Of a stretch of 64,000 bases of DNA, positions 36,573 through 49,189 are shown piece by piece; the stretch's first letter is position 1, and every line of letters begins with the position of its first letter. The DNA is from Scyliorhinus canicula (taxonomy: Eukaryota). A program made the translations under genes and the position numbers. The notes under the pieces were generated by a model. It saw only the letters and a list, made by a program, of their open reading frames with translations. It was not told the origin of the DNA and searched no databases. The stretch is taken from positions 31,428,604 to 31,492,603 of the forward strand of contig NC_052146.1 of the NCBI RefSeq assembly GCF_902713615.1, written 5' to 3'.

Positions 36573-39125
36573 AGCGTCGGGCTAGATGGAATCACCTTAA
36601 ACTTTGGCAGCAGTGGAACTGAAGTCCCTGCCTTGACAGAGACTGGTATCAAAATCCAGTGCTTCAGACTACTCAGCCACACTTCCATAGGTATTAATTA
36701 ATGCTTCTTCCTTTGTTGGACTAGAAGGATACTGATACAGGAAGCATGTTTGTTTGCATAAGGAGAATGCATTTCCACCTTAACCACAAATAGTTTCATT
36801 ACAGTAGTTCATTTTAAGATGGTTAAACTCACACAATATTTTATATAGCTCGCTGAACTGTACAATAGCTTTCCCTCGATCTCATCTCTATCGTTCTTTC
36901 TGCTTCTTCAGATTTTCATGTATTTTGCCCCGTGGACACTGGATTTTCCATAAGCAGTGAATAAGCGAACATTGAGTAGGGAGGATCATACACATGTCAG
37001 GGTTCCTTAAGAATGCTCGACTGCCCATTCTGGCCAATACCTTCATGTTCCTTAACTGTTCCTGCACTAGCTCCTCCTCATTCATACATGCTTTGCAGCG
37101 TTTATTGAAAATATTACATTAGCCAACACATGGCATTCTGCTAATATGTGTTGTTGCCTGTTAACTTTTCATAGAAATAGAGGCAATGATGGTTCATCGC
37201 CTGGAAACGTCAGCTCTCGGCACCTGCTTAACTTTCATCATTTGATCCATTGGACTCTCCAACGTTTGGTCGTCAGGTAGGGTAAGAACTCCAGGTTGTC
37301 TGTAACGCTGCCATGTGGTAACTTCCGCCCTTTGGTATGGACTTCCTTTTACCGCAAAAATAAAGGTTGATGAAGTGCTGACTGTTTTGTTATTGCTATG
37401 AAGCTGGCAAGTGTGTCTCACAAAACCAGAGTGTAGGAATATGGAGACTTCTGTGACTCTACTGACCATAACTGGAAGATTTACTTGGAACTTAGGTGCT
37501 GCTATGGAAATAAAATTGGTCCACTCCACACAGGAGGAATGTGAGATGTGCTCATATTTTTCCAGAAGATCCTGCCACTGTGCTGCCAGCCTAAAATCTC
37601 TCTCATTGTTGAAATCTCCCCCACTAACATAAAGCCCTTCCTGTTGTAATAATGTTTCTGTTGGGAAACCAGAGATAGCCTCATACAGCCATTCAGGGGC
37701 TTGAGATACATTGCAGCAGAACTTTAAGGAATTAATTGGTCATTCCTTCCTTATTTATATGGAGTTTCTTATTTGCATTGGGTGCCACTATACAAATGTT
37801 TGACAAATGCTGGCTCCAATGCAAACTTTATAATCCAGAAGTTCTTGCTTGTAGTTATCATGCTGTAAAATTATTGCAACTATTTTGTTATCATGGTTTA
37901 CTTTGGCAACGGTGGGCAGTTCACATTCCAGTACTCCGAGCTTGTTTTTCTTGTTCTAGGTGGGTAATATTTAAGTAAATAAAAGTGGTTTGAGCTAATA
38001 AGGCTGAGCTGTTTGAAATTTCCCAACGCAGGCTGGTATGAGAATTACATCACCAGCTTGTTTAAAGGGCCCTTGCTCCTGTTCTTAGTTATTGTAAAAA
38101 CATGAATACGGCAGTGTGTCCTTAACCCTGCGAGGACCCAAACTACGCCTTTCCAACAAAAATAACGGAGCTTGTGAAATGTCGCACTGTAAGCAGACTT
38201 GCCAAGATTTTACCCTTTGTGCAGAATATGGTTTCAATAATTGTAATCAAGCAAGTTACCTGAGAGTATCGGAAGATCCTTACTCCGGTTAGAGCCTTAC
38301 TTCATTTTTCCAGCTCATTGATCACAGCAGCACTCAGCATACATATAAGGTAATGCCCTTCTTTCAATCCTGGAAAGGCATGGCAGCTGGAAATGTGCCG
38401 TTAGTAGCAACGTGTAAACTATTTTAAAAATCCCCTTTGGACAATTTAATTCTCATTGAGGTGAGGGCACATTTCCCATTTCAGGAATGTAAAATCAATA
38501 AGATGCTTCCCCTCAGGTCATGTAGAGCCCAATTAGGTACCTTTTTTTGCCTCAATCAATTGCACCTTCGTAGTGGATACATTTTGAGCAGTAAAGGAAT
38601 CAAGAGTTATCGGGATTAGTTGGAAAGTGGAGTTGAGGTTGATCAGATCCGCTCAGTCACAATCTCATTGAATGGTGGAACAGACTCGAAATTTGATGGA
38701 TTGGCAACACTTTAGATTTTTTCACACAGCCGCCAAGTCATTCATTTTTATGCATTGCACACATTCAAGGTTTCAAAGGTTGACTTTTAATGGCTTGGTC
38801 AGTTTCAGAGACATGGAAGCCCACCTACAACTTTCGAGCTGCATGCTCCCTGGCTCATACTTTCGGTAGATGGTGGCCATTTGCTTTCAGAGTCAGGATT
38901 GGTGAACTTTAGTATTTTGCCAACCAGTAAATTCTCAAAGGTTCCACACTTTCAGGAAAGAGTGAGAATCCTTACTGATCCTCCATTTAGAACCTTAACC
39001 CATCTTGAAGAAACTACCCCGCAAATCATTGGGTTGGAATTGATGGGATTGATTGGTGGCGGTCATGGCAGCATTTGGCATCTCTAGCCTATTGACATGA
39101 CTGACATGTTTCCTTTCACATTCAG

Positions 39126-39527
39126 GGGGAGACAGTAGTGTACTGGTAATGACATTGGACTAACACTCCCGTGGCCCAGGGAGTGCTCTGGGGACAAGGT
39201 TTAAATCCCATCACTGCAGCTGGTGGAGTTTAAATTTAATTAATAAAATCTGGAATTGGAAGCCGATCTCTGTAATGGTGACCATGAAACTATAATCAAC
39301 TGTCGTTAAAGACTCATCTGCATTCATCAATGCACTTTAGAGAATGGAAATCTGCATTCCTAACTTGGTCTGGCCTCCATGTGACTCTAGATCCATAGCA
39401 ATGTGATTGACTCCGAATTGGATTGTAAAATGGTCTGGCAAGCTGCTTACATCAAAGAACAATTAGGGATGGGAAAGAAAGACTGGCCTTTCCAGCAACA
39501 CATACATCCTGTGAAAGAATTTTTAAA
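39126..39527 (+). mobile_element. Old tRNA-headed SINE sharing its 3' tail with the LINE at 28057-30460
   Basis: GGTTTAAATCCC B-box; tail CAATTAGGGATGGG...CTGGCCTT.CCAGC...CATCCTGTGAAAGAATTTTT. Confidence 0.7.
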
Positions 39528-40694
39528 ATCAAAAACTTATGTTTGCTGCAAAGCACCAAAATGGTGCATTTGTCAAAGAATATATATTACAAGGAAGGTG
39601 TTGCTGAAATCCAGAAGGAAAATACAGTAAAAATGAGGAAATAGGAATACTGGTCCAATTCTTTTTTTTTACTATTGGGAAGCATCGTAATATTTGTTGT
39701 TCTTGTGTTTCCATAGGCGTCTCTGAAAAGTGCAAGCTATGGGCCAGGAGGATGCTGAATTTACTACTTCAGAGTACTAGAGAATCCACCAAGGGGATTC
39801 CAACTTAAATTTAGACCCATCAATTGACCGAGAAGGAAAAAGTGTGGGTGGCAGCGAGCGGCAGAGAATGACAAAATAGGTGGTTAAACAGCCAGCTGAA
39901 GAACAACTATCAAACTGCTAAATTCCAGCAATCGTGCCACTCAGGAGCTGAACGTATCAGCTGCTTTCTGTGCACTGTAATTTCATAGAGCCATTGGAGA
40001 GCTTTCAAAATATCCTGTAAAGTATGGGGGGGCCCATTAGCTGTGCCTGCGTGGTGCCGTTTGACACCTCTGCTGAAGAGCAGTCCACCCTGGAACACAT
40101 ATTATCCCCAAGGCCACTTGCAACATAGGTTCCCTTAATGATGAAGAGTTTTCGCAGGAAAGTGATCCTGGGCAAACCTTGCACTCCAATGTCCATTTGG
40201 ACATCTTGTCCAGATTCACCATGCTGTGGAACCTTCTGGAAAGCATCCTGTTGCATGGCTGTCGTGAAGTGCTTTCGGGCCTGCAAACTCCTTTGAGGCC
40301 TTTGGAACTATTTGAGTTTGGGTAGGAAATAATAAGTCTGATTTTCAATGTGCTCAGGATGCAGGAAGGAGGATCTGCATGTCAGGCCGGATTCCCTATC
40401 TTAATATGGCCTTTGGTTTGGCGTCCCTTTGTGCCTGATCACCGTTCTATCAAACAGCTTAGAACAACTTTCTGTGCTAAAGGCACTATTTAAGCGCAAA
40501 TTATTGTTATTTTTACTTAAAGATTAGGAAAGAGAGCAGAATGTTTAGAAGACCATTGAACATTGTAACGCCACCATAACAGAATGATGTCAAGATTTAT
40601 TTGCTGGGGAGCAATGTGGCTACAGCCACTTAATAGGTATCTCTGTTCCCAAATCATCAACTTTGCTGAAATATAAACTGGAGTTAAATCTAAT

Positions 40695-41745
40695 GGTTCC
40701 TACAGATTTTAGGATAGCGAATGCAACCCCGCCATTCAAAAAGGGAGGGGGAGAGAAAACAGGGAACTATAGACCAGTGAGCCTAAAGTCAGTAGTGGGA
40801 AGGTTGCTGGAGTCCATCACCAAGGATTTCATAGGACAACATTTGGAAAGCAGCAAAACAATCAGACAAAGTCAGCATGGATTTACGAAAGGAAAATCAT
40901 GCTTGACAAATCGACTGAAATTTTTTGAAGATGTAACTAGTAGAGTTGACCAGAGAGAACCGGTGGATGTAGTTTATTTAGACTTTCAGAAGGCTTTTGA
41001 CAAGGTGTCACATAATATATTAATATGTAAAGTTAAAGTGCATGGGTTTGCGGGTAGTGTATTGATAGAAAGCTGGGCCGGTATTCTCCCCTACACGGCG
41101 GGGTGGGGGGTTCCGGCTGGATGGAGTGGCGTGAACCACTCCAGCGTCGTGCCGCCCCAAAGGTGCGGATTTCTCCGCACCTTTAGGGGCCAAGCCCTAA
41201 CCTTGAGGGGCTAGGCCTGCACCGGAGTGGTTGGCGCACCGCCGGCCGGCGGGAAAGGCCTTTGGCGCCACGGCAGCCGGTGCCGATGGGACTTCGCCGG
41301 CTGGCAGAAGTCCGTGCATGCGCCGGAGGCTTTTGTGCACTGTAAATTCATAGAGTCATTGGAGAGCTTTCAAAACATCCTGTAAAGTATGGGGGAGTCC
41401 ATTAGCTGTGGCTGCGTGGTGCCGTTTGACACCTCTGCCTGCTGTGACATCATCCCCATGCATGCGCAGGGGAGGGGGTCACTTCCGCGTCTGCCATCGT
41501 GAAGACTTTGGCGACTGCGGAAGGAAAAGAGTGCCACCACGGCACAGGCCCGCCCGCCGATCGGTGGGCCCCAATCGTGGGCCAGGCCACCGGGGGGACA
41601 CCCCCCGGGGCCAGATCGCCCCCCAGGATCCCGGAGCCCGCTCGTGCCGCCTGGTCCCGCCGGTAAGTTAGGTGGTTTGATTCCCGCCAGCGGGACCAGC
41701 ATGACAGCGGTGGGACTTTGGCCCATCACGGGCCGGAGAATCGCC

Positions 41746-41777
<32 letters not shown>

Positions 41778-43192
41778 ACAGGCGCAGCGCTATTCCCACC
41801 CCCGCTGAATCTCTGGTGCCGGAGACTTCGGGAGCTGGCGGGGGCGGGATTCACGCCGGCCCCCGGCGATTCTCCGGCCCGGCGGGGGTCAGAGAATCCC
41901 GCCCCTGGTTAGCAGAGAGGAAGCAAACAGTTGGAATGCATGGATCTTTTTATGATCAGCAGGCAGTGACTAGTTGTGTACCATAGGGATATGTGGTAGG
42001 ACCCCAACTGTTCACATTATATATTAATGATTTGTACGAGGGAACTAAATATAATCTCCAAATTTGCCGATGATACAAAGTTAGTTGGGAGGGTGAGCTG
42101 TGAGGAAGATGCAGAGGGGCTTCAGAAGGATTTAAACAGGCTTAGTGAGTGGGCACGTGCATAGGGGATGCTGTATAATGTAGATAAATGTGAGGTTATC
42201 CGCTTTGGTAGCAAAAATAGGAAGGCAGATTATTATTTCAATGGGTGTAAATTGAGAGAGATGGATACTCTGAGACCTTGGTGGCCTCGTGCATCAGTCG
42301 CTGGATGTAAGCACACAGGTACAGCAGGCAGTAAAGAAGGCAAATGGTATATTGACCTTCATCGCGAGAGGGTTTGAGTATAGGAATAGAGATAGAACAT
42401 AGAACATAGAACGATACAGCGCAGTACAGGCCCTTCGGCCCTCGATGTTGCACCGACATGGAAAAAAAAACTAAAGGCCATCTAACCTACACTATGCCCT
42501 TATCATCCATATGCTTATCCAATAAATTTTTAAATGCCCTCAATGTTGGCGAGTTCACTACTGTTGCAGGTAGGGCATTCCACGGCCTCACCAATCTTTG
42601 CGTAAATTGTAATTACTGTAATTGTATAGGGCATTGGTGAGGCCACACCTGGAGTATTGTGTGCAGTTTTGGTGTCCTTATCTGAGGAAGGATGTTCTTG
42701 CTACGGAGAGAGTGCAGCAAAGGTTTACCAGGCTGATTCCTGGGATGGTGGGACTGCCAAATGAAGAGAGTCTAAACCGGTTTGGAAAATATTCACTGGA
42801 GTTCAGAAGAATGAGCGGGGATCTCACAGAAACCTACAAAATTCTAACAGGATTAGGCACTGTAGATTCAGAAAGAATGTTCCCAATGGTGGGGTGGTCA
42901 TAGTTTGAGGTTAAGGGGGAAACCTTTTAGTACTGAAGTGAGGAGAAATTCTGCATTCAGAAGGTGGTAAATCTGTGCAATTTGCAGCCACAGAAAGTAG
43001 TTGAGGCCAAAACATTGTGTAATTTCAAGAAGGAATTAGACATAGCTCTTGGGGCCAAAGGGATCAAGGGATATGGAGGAAAAGCGGGATCAGGGTATTG
43101 AACTTGATGATCAGTCCTGATCATAATGAATGGTGGAGCAGGCTCGAAGGGCTGAATGGTTTCCTCCTACTTCTATTTTCTATGTTTCTGTG
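40695..43192 (+). mobile_element. CR1 LINE (RT to 3' end), degenerate, with a nested MITE and an antisense CR1 3' piece (42392-42605)
   Basis: GNYRPVSL, QHGFTKGKSCLTN, DVVYLDFQKAFDKV (40663-), RPHLEYCVQFW (42622-), 3' tail TTTCTATGTTTCT. Confidence 0.9.
41076..41904. mobile_element. PIF/Harbinger-like MITE, same family as 20823-21549 in opposite orientation, with a captured 110-bp insert
   Basis: TIR GGCCGGTATTCTC / GAGAATCCCGCCC; TSD CTG splits the CR1 codons S-W-L. Confidence 0.88.
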
Positions 43193-43414
43193 TGATTAAA
43201 CTGGCGAGAATGTTGTTTTTTTCTGATAATATTCATGATAATCCTGATTTAAGCAGCAACAAGGGGAGTCTGTGGGGCAAGGAGACAAGGTGGAGCAGGC
43301 AAGGAGCAAAGGTATTCACGGAAAGCAAACGTTTTGGTAAGTTACTTGGAGGTTCAGCCAGTTTTCTCCTCTGGCTAATGATCAGCTCACTATTAACCAA
43401 ACTGCACAAACAAT

Positions 43415-44150
43415 AAGGAAGGTTTTGTACAGCACCTTTCTTATCCTCGGGATGGCCTGTTGAATGCATTTGGAGTGTGGTCACTGTTTTTATGTAGGCA
43501 AACACAGCAGCTAATTTACACTCTGGAAAGTTTGACAAGCAGCAGAGAGAGAAAGGACCAGTTAACAATCTATATTGGTGATGTTGGTTATGGTTTGAAC
43601 GCTGGTCTGCTCACTGGGAGAATCCTCCTGCTTCTTTTTGAATTGTGTCATGGATTAAATCAGCAGCACATTGGCTAGCACTGCTGCCTCACAGCATCAG
43701 GGACCTGCGTTCAATTCCAGCCTTGGGTGATTCTGTGTGGAGTTTGCATGCTCTATCCGTGATTGCGTGGGTTTCTTCTCGGTGCTCCGGTTTCCTCCCA
43801 CAGTCCAAAGATTTGCAGGTCGGATGGATTGGCTAAACTATCCCTTAGTGTCCTGGAATGTGCAGCTTCGGTGGGGTTACAGGCAAGGGAATGGACCTGG
43901 GTTAAGTGCTCTTTCGGAGGGATAGTGCAGACTTGATGGGCTGAATGGACTCCTTCTGCACTGTAGGGCTTCTATGATTTCTGCTGTTGTATCAATCTGA
44001 GCCAGGCTGACAAGCCTTGTTTTAACCTTGTTTAAATGATGGCACCTCTGATGATTCACTGCTCTCTCAGTGGTCCACTCAAGTGCCAGCCTAGATTATG
44101 TGCTCAAGTCCTGGAATGGTACCTAAGCCCTCAGCCTTCAAACTCAGAAC
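43415..44150 (-). mobile_element. Ancient Deu-domain-like SINE interrupted by a HE1-type SINE
   Basis: L2-like tail (reverse of AAAGGTGCTGTACAAAA), AACCAACATCACC core, CTAGGCTGGCAC head region. Confidence 0.45.
43661..43980 (+). mobile_element. HE1/V-SINE-type SINE
   Basis: Head, core and CTTCTGCACTGTAGGGCTTCTATG tail. Confidence 0.85.
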
Positions 44151-44154
44151 ATTT

Positions 44155-44506
44155 GGGGCAGCAGGGTAGCATGGTGGTTAGCATAAATGCTTCACAGCTC
44201 CAGGGTCCCAGGTTCGATTCCCGGCTGGGTCACTGTCTGTGTGGAGTCTGCACGTCCTCCCCCTGTGTGCGTGGGTTTCCTCCGGGTGCTCCGGTTTCCT
44301 CCCACAGTCCAAAGATGTGCGGGTTAGGTGGATTGGCCATGCTAAATTGCCCGTAGTGTCCTAATAAAAGTAAGGTTAAGGGGGGGGTTGTTGGGTTACG
44401 GGTATAGGGTGGATACGTGGGTTTGAGTAGGGTGATCATGGCTCGGCACAACATTGAGGGCCGAAGGGCCTGTTCTGTGCTGTACTGTTCTATGTTCTAT
44501 GTTCTA
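44155..44506 (+). mobile_element. HE1/V-SINE-type SINE, young full-length copy
   Basis: Intact A/B boxes and core; CR1-type tail GGCCGAAGGGCCTGTTCTGTGCTGTA(CTGTTCTATG). Confidence 0.92.
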
Positions 44507-45097
44507 TTACTACAGTACCGAGCAAAACTAACATTAAGCCTCAAAGCCCACAACGTCTATTGGGGCCCAAAGACAAAGGGAAAACAGATTGCTTCTGCCT
44601 CCTACTGCAATGATCCATGACAAGGAATGTGATTGTGGCCTCACCTCAACATCCAAACACATGAATCTTCTCGCAGGAGCCCCTGGATCATGGTCAGGGA
44701 CCTAAACTCAGCAACATTACCCAAGGAAGAGCACTCATTATGGGGCTTTTATAGATTTATAAATTACTTGCATCTAGTTTGTAAAGTTCCTTGATTATGT
44801 GTGTCTGCCCAGCTATTGCAGTCTGGGTGTGTTAGCACGAGCAGGTAGCCGAGACTAGATTCAGGTAGGATATCAATATTCCCTGTGTGATTGTCAAGGA
44901 GTTCCAATTAGCCTGTACCATGGCCTCAGGAAATCTTAGAATTCCCATGATGGTGAAGACACTTCAACAGCACTCAAGGCTCAAATACTGGTTAATGGTA
45001 CAGAATGCAACTAATCACCTCATGGAAATGACCAAGAATTACCAGATATAAGAAACCACAACTCCGTAAAATTTGAGAGTGCATAACCCTTATCCTC

Positions 45098-45321
45098 TTT
45101 TTTTTAAATTTAGAGAACCCAATGATTTTCTTTCCCAATTAAGGGGCAATTTAGCGTGGCCAATCCACCTAACCTGCACTTCTTTGGGTTGTAGGGGTGA
45201 AACCCACGTAGACATGGGGAGAATGTGCAAACTCCACACGGACAGTGACCCAGGGCCAGCATTCGATTCCGGGTCCTCAGCGTCGTAGTCACAGTGCTAA
45301 CCACTGCGCACCATTCCGCCC
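45098..45321 (-). mobile_element. Short poly(A)-tail V-SINE-type SINE at the start of the minisatellite
   Basis: Head, core and poly(A) tail; flanks CCCTTATCCT / CCCTTACCCT. Confidence 0.85.
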
Positions 45322-45323
45322 TC

Positions 45324-47265
45324 CCCTTACCCTGTTAAATAAACACCAGCTCTGTACAGATACCCTGTGAGTAATCCTTACCCAGCTGACTAAACATCAA
45401 CTCTGTACAGATACCCTGTGAGTAATCCTTACCCTGCTGACTAAACATCAACTCTGTACAGTTACCCTGTGAGTAATCCTTACCCCGCTGCACACTCCCC
45501 TCTCCCAATTAACAATCATTCAGGAATCTGCCTTCCTGTTATTGCTTCCAAAGTGAATAACCTCACACTTATCCAAATTATACTGCATCTGCCATTGATT
45601 TGCCCACTCGCCCAACCTGTCCAGATCATGCTGTAGGATCCCTGCACCCTTGTCGCAGTTCACCCTCCCACCCAACTTGGTATCATCTGCAAATTTTGAG
45701 ATATTACATTTTGTTCCCTCATCCAAATCATTAATATATATTGTGAATAGCTGGGGTCCCAGCACCGATCCCTGTGGTACCCCACTAGTTACTGCCTGCC
45801 AATTTGACCTGCTGAATAAACACCAACTTTGTACAGTTACTCTGTGAGTAACCCTTACCCTGCTGAATAAACACCAACTCTGTACAGTTACTCTGTAAGT
45901 AACCCTTACCCTGCTGAATAAACACCAACTCTGTACAGTTACCCTGTGATTAACCCTTACCCTGCTGAATAAACACCAACTCTGTACAGTTACCCTGTGA
46001 GTAACCCTTACCCTGCTGAATAAACACCAACTCTGTACAGTTACTCTGTAAGTAACCCTCACCCTGCTGAATAAACACCAACTCTGTACAGTTACCCTGT
46101 GATTAACCCTTACCTTGCTGAATAAACACCAACTCTGTACAGTTACCCTGTGAGCAATCCTGACCCTGCTGAATAAACACCAACTCCGCGCAATTACCCT
46201 GTAAGTAACTCTTACCCTGCTGAATAAACACCAACTCTGTACAGTTACCCTGTGATTAACCCTTACCTTGCTGAATAAACACCAACTCTGTACAGTTACC
46301 CTGTGATTAACCCTTACCCTGCTGAATAAACACCAACTCTCTATAGTTACACAGTGAGTAACCCTTACCCTGCTAAATAAACACCAACTCTGTACAGTTA
46401 CACAGTGAGTAACCCTTACCCTGCTAAATAAACACCAACTCTCTACAGTTACACAGTGAGTAACCCTTACCCTGCTAAATAAACACCAACTCTGTACAGT
46501 TACACAGTGAGTAACCCTTACCCTGCTGAATAAACACCAACTCTGTACAGTTACTCTGTGAGTAACCCTTACCTTGTAGAATAAACACCAACTCTGTACA
46601 GTTACTCTGTGAGTAACCCTTACCCTGCTGAATAAACACCAACTCTGTACAGTTACACAGTGAGTAACCCTTACCTGCTGAATAAACACCAACTCAGTAC
46701 AGTTACCCTGTGAGTAACCCTGACCCTGCTGAATAAACACCAACTCTGTACAGTTACTCTGTGAGTAACCCTTACCCTGCTGAATAAACACCAACTCTGT
46801 ACAGTTACACAGTGAGTAACCCTTACCCTGCTGAATAAACACCAACTCAGTACAGTTACCCTGTGAGTAACCCTGACCCTGCTGAATAAACACCAACTCT
46901 GTACAGTTACTCTGTGAGTAACCCTTACCCTGCTGAATAAACACCAACTCTCTACAGTTACTGTGAGTAACCCTTACCTTGCAGAATAAACACCAACTCA
47001 GTACAGTTACCCTGTGATTAACCCTTACCTTGCTGAATAAACACCAACTCTGTATGGTTACCCTGTGATTAACCCTTACCTTGCTGAATAAACACCAACT
47101 CTGTACAGTTACACTGTGAGTAACCCTTACCCTGCAGAATAAATAACTGTGTACAGTTACACATTGAGCATTCTTTACCCTGCTAATAAATAACTCTCTA
47201 CTGAGAGCAGTCCTTACCCTACTGAATAGTTACAGTCAGCAACCCTTACTCTGTTGAATAAACAC
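45324..47265. repeat. 51-bp minisatellite, about 30 units plus a degenerate right edge, interrupted at 45491-45807
   Basis: Unit CCCTGCTGAATAAACACCAACTCTGTACAGTTACCCTGTGAGTAACCCTTA; gives the 17-aa periodicity of ORF 45520-46947. Confidence 0.97.
45491..45807 (-). mobile_element. Internal CR1 RT fragment (no 5' or 3' end) inside the minisatellite
   Basis: WQAVTSGVPQGSVLGP...KFADDTKLGG...DKCEVIHFG. Confidence 0.92.
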
Positions 47266-48479
47266 GTTGATACATTGGCAGTGAATAAAAATAATTCTTT
47301 ACTTTTACAGCCCATAATCCTCAAGTTGCTGAATAATTAGCGACACAATACAATTATAAAATGAGTAACCGGAACCCTCCTCAGTGGGCAATAGTTCATA
47401 ATAGCCACTTTAATTAATGCTTATTTTTAACTTGCCTCGGGGCCAAATACATTTTTCTTTAAAAAGTTAGGATTTGCTTTCCCCTTGCCCCAGTATGCAG
47501 GGTGAGGTGTCCATCTATTGCCTCAGAACATGTGTCTTTCCTATTTTGAAAACAAATCTCATAATCAGTTGGACATTGACTAATTTTAGCACAAGATTGA
47601 ACCATGCTTCTCAAATGACTAAGAGGAGCGGTGCTGTGCAAAACTACAAACTAGAAAAATCGGTTGCTTTCTTCAGAAAATGACATGGCTGCCCCAGGGG
47701 TTGACCTGACTCTGACTCTTTCAACGCACTGAGAGGTATGGGAGGAATTGAGAGGTATGGGAGGAATTCATCTGAGGGGCAAAGGTTGGCGCAAATAATT
47801 GTCTCTGTGTGAGTGAGATTTCTTTACATGAGAAATAACTGGAGAAACATGGAGACTTTAGATTTCCACATGATTAAGCATGAGGGAAAATCTACCTCAC
47901 AATTTACATTACTTTCCATTATTATTCTTTCTCCCTGTTACATTTGTTCATGGCATTTCCTTTGTAACATCACTCTTCTTGTCACATGCAGACTCTTGGA
48001 GACTTTACCCAGACTGCTAATTGACAGATAACGCAAAACTGGGAAGGATTGTTGATCTGGATGAAGCAGACAAGGAAAAAGGAGTGGCAGATCAAATACA
48101 GTACAGATAATCACATCTCGCTCTACCACTCTGGTACTATCTTCTCCTTTATAGAGCTGCATCTTGTCGCCTCTCTTCCAAAATATTTGTTCCCACCCCA
48201 CCGAAAGTACACCCAGAATTTCAGCCCAAGATATCCCCCTCATTTCCTTCTTCAGCATCTACACTGAATGAATCCTCATCCTTGATGATTACAATTTTCA
48301 TCTCAATTAATCTTGCTCGTTCTCATTTGATTTTATGAGCCGGGAATTAAATCTGGGATCCTGGCACTGTGAAGCAACAGTGCTAACCACCTGTGATATC
48401 GTTCCGCCCCAAAGCTCTGCAAACGCCAGCTCCACAATAGCACTACTGCCTGTATCCTGTCATGCACTAAGGGTTTACT

Positions 48480-48895
48480 GTCGATTATAACTCCTATCCT
48501 TGATGGCCTCATACCTCCAATTTGAAATCTTCACCTCAGTGTTAAATTCCTTCATGGTTCTGTCCTTCCCTATCGCTGTAACCTTCTCCAGTTCTACAGC
48601 TCTCAAGCTCTGACTCTGGTAGTTTCGCCATCCATTCACCCCACTATTGACAGCTACACCTTCAGCCATTTAGGCCTCATGCTGTAAAATACCCCTGGTA
48701 AACACTTTTGCCTTCCTGCTTCCCTCTCCTTTTTTAAAGAACTTCTTGAAAACCCCGTTTTGACCAAACTTATAGATACCTTGCCTTTCAGTCACCTCTT
48801 CTGTGCTCAGTGTCCCTTTCTTCTCTGATCATGGCCCTGTGAAACACTTGAAATGTTTATCTACAGTAAAGGTGCTATATAAATGCAAGTTGCCA
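48480..48895 (+). mobile_element. Old L2-type LINE 3' end
   Basis: Terminus GTGAAACACTTG...CTACAGTAAAGGTGCTATATAAATGCAAGTTG. Confidence 0.65.
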
Positions 48896-49189
48896 TTTTA
48901 TTTTTGACCATTAGCTTTGGTTGCCAGGATATAATGGAAACTGTCAAGACTTGGAGACAGCAAAGAAAAGTTTCATGAGACACTAGAAGCTGCGTTCTGC
49001 GGTAACACTGGTGTTGTTTATTTTTGGAAGGAGAAAACCGAGAGTAGACCTGATTGAATTAGACAAAATATTAAAACTGAAGGTGAAGTAATTTTGGAGC
49101 ATTACTTTAAAGGGTACCAGAATAAGGAAGCCACTGCAGAAATAAAAGTTTTGGATGAGGCCAGGAAGTAAATTCATCACACCGTCGGA

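Noticed and set aside
36888-37632. ORFs and splice-like sites on both strands
   Set aside because: No family similarity recognised and the candidate frames conflict; not supportable without RNA data.
39995-40035. KYPVKYG peptide resembling intelectin
   Set aside because: Only seven residues, followed at once by stops and with no other intelectin motifs.
46350-46835. V(D)J RSS-like CACAGTG heptamer plus ATAAACACC (7/9 nonamer match) in several repeat units
   Set aside because: The spacer is 20 bp, not 12 or 22-23, only a minority of units have the heptamer, and no V, D or J segments are nearby.
45520-46947. 475-aa ORF of 17-aa repeats fused to an RT fragment
   Set aside because: It arises because the 51-bp unit is a multiple of 3 and stop-free in these frames. 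The frame switches mid-array, the start is not ATG, and the RT piece is a short internal fragment.
45324-47265. CRISPR-like array
   Set aside because: The units are contiguous near-identical repeats with no unique spacers, the DNA is eukaryotic, and there are no cas genes.
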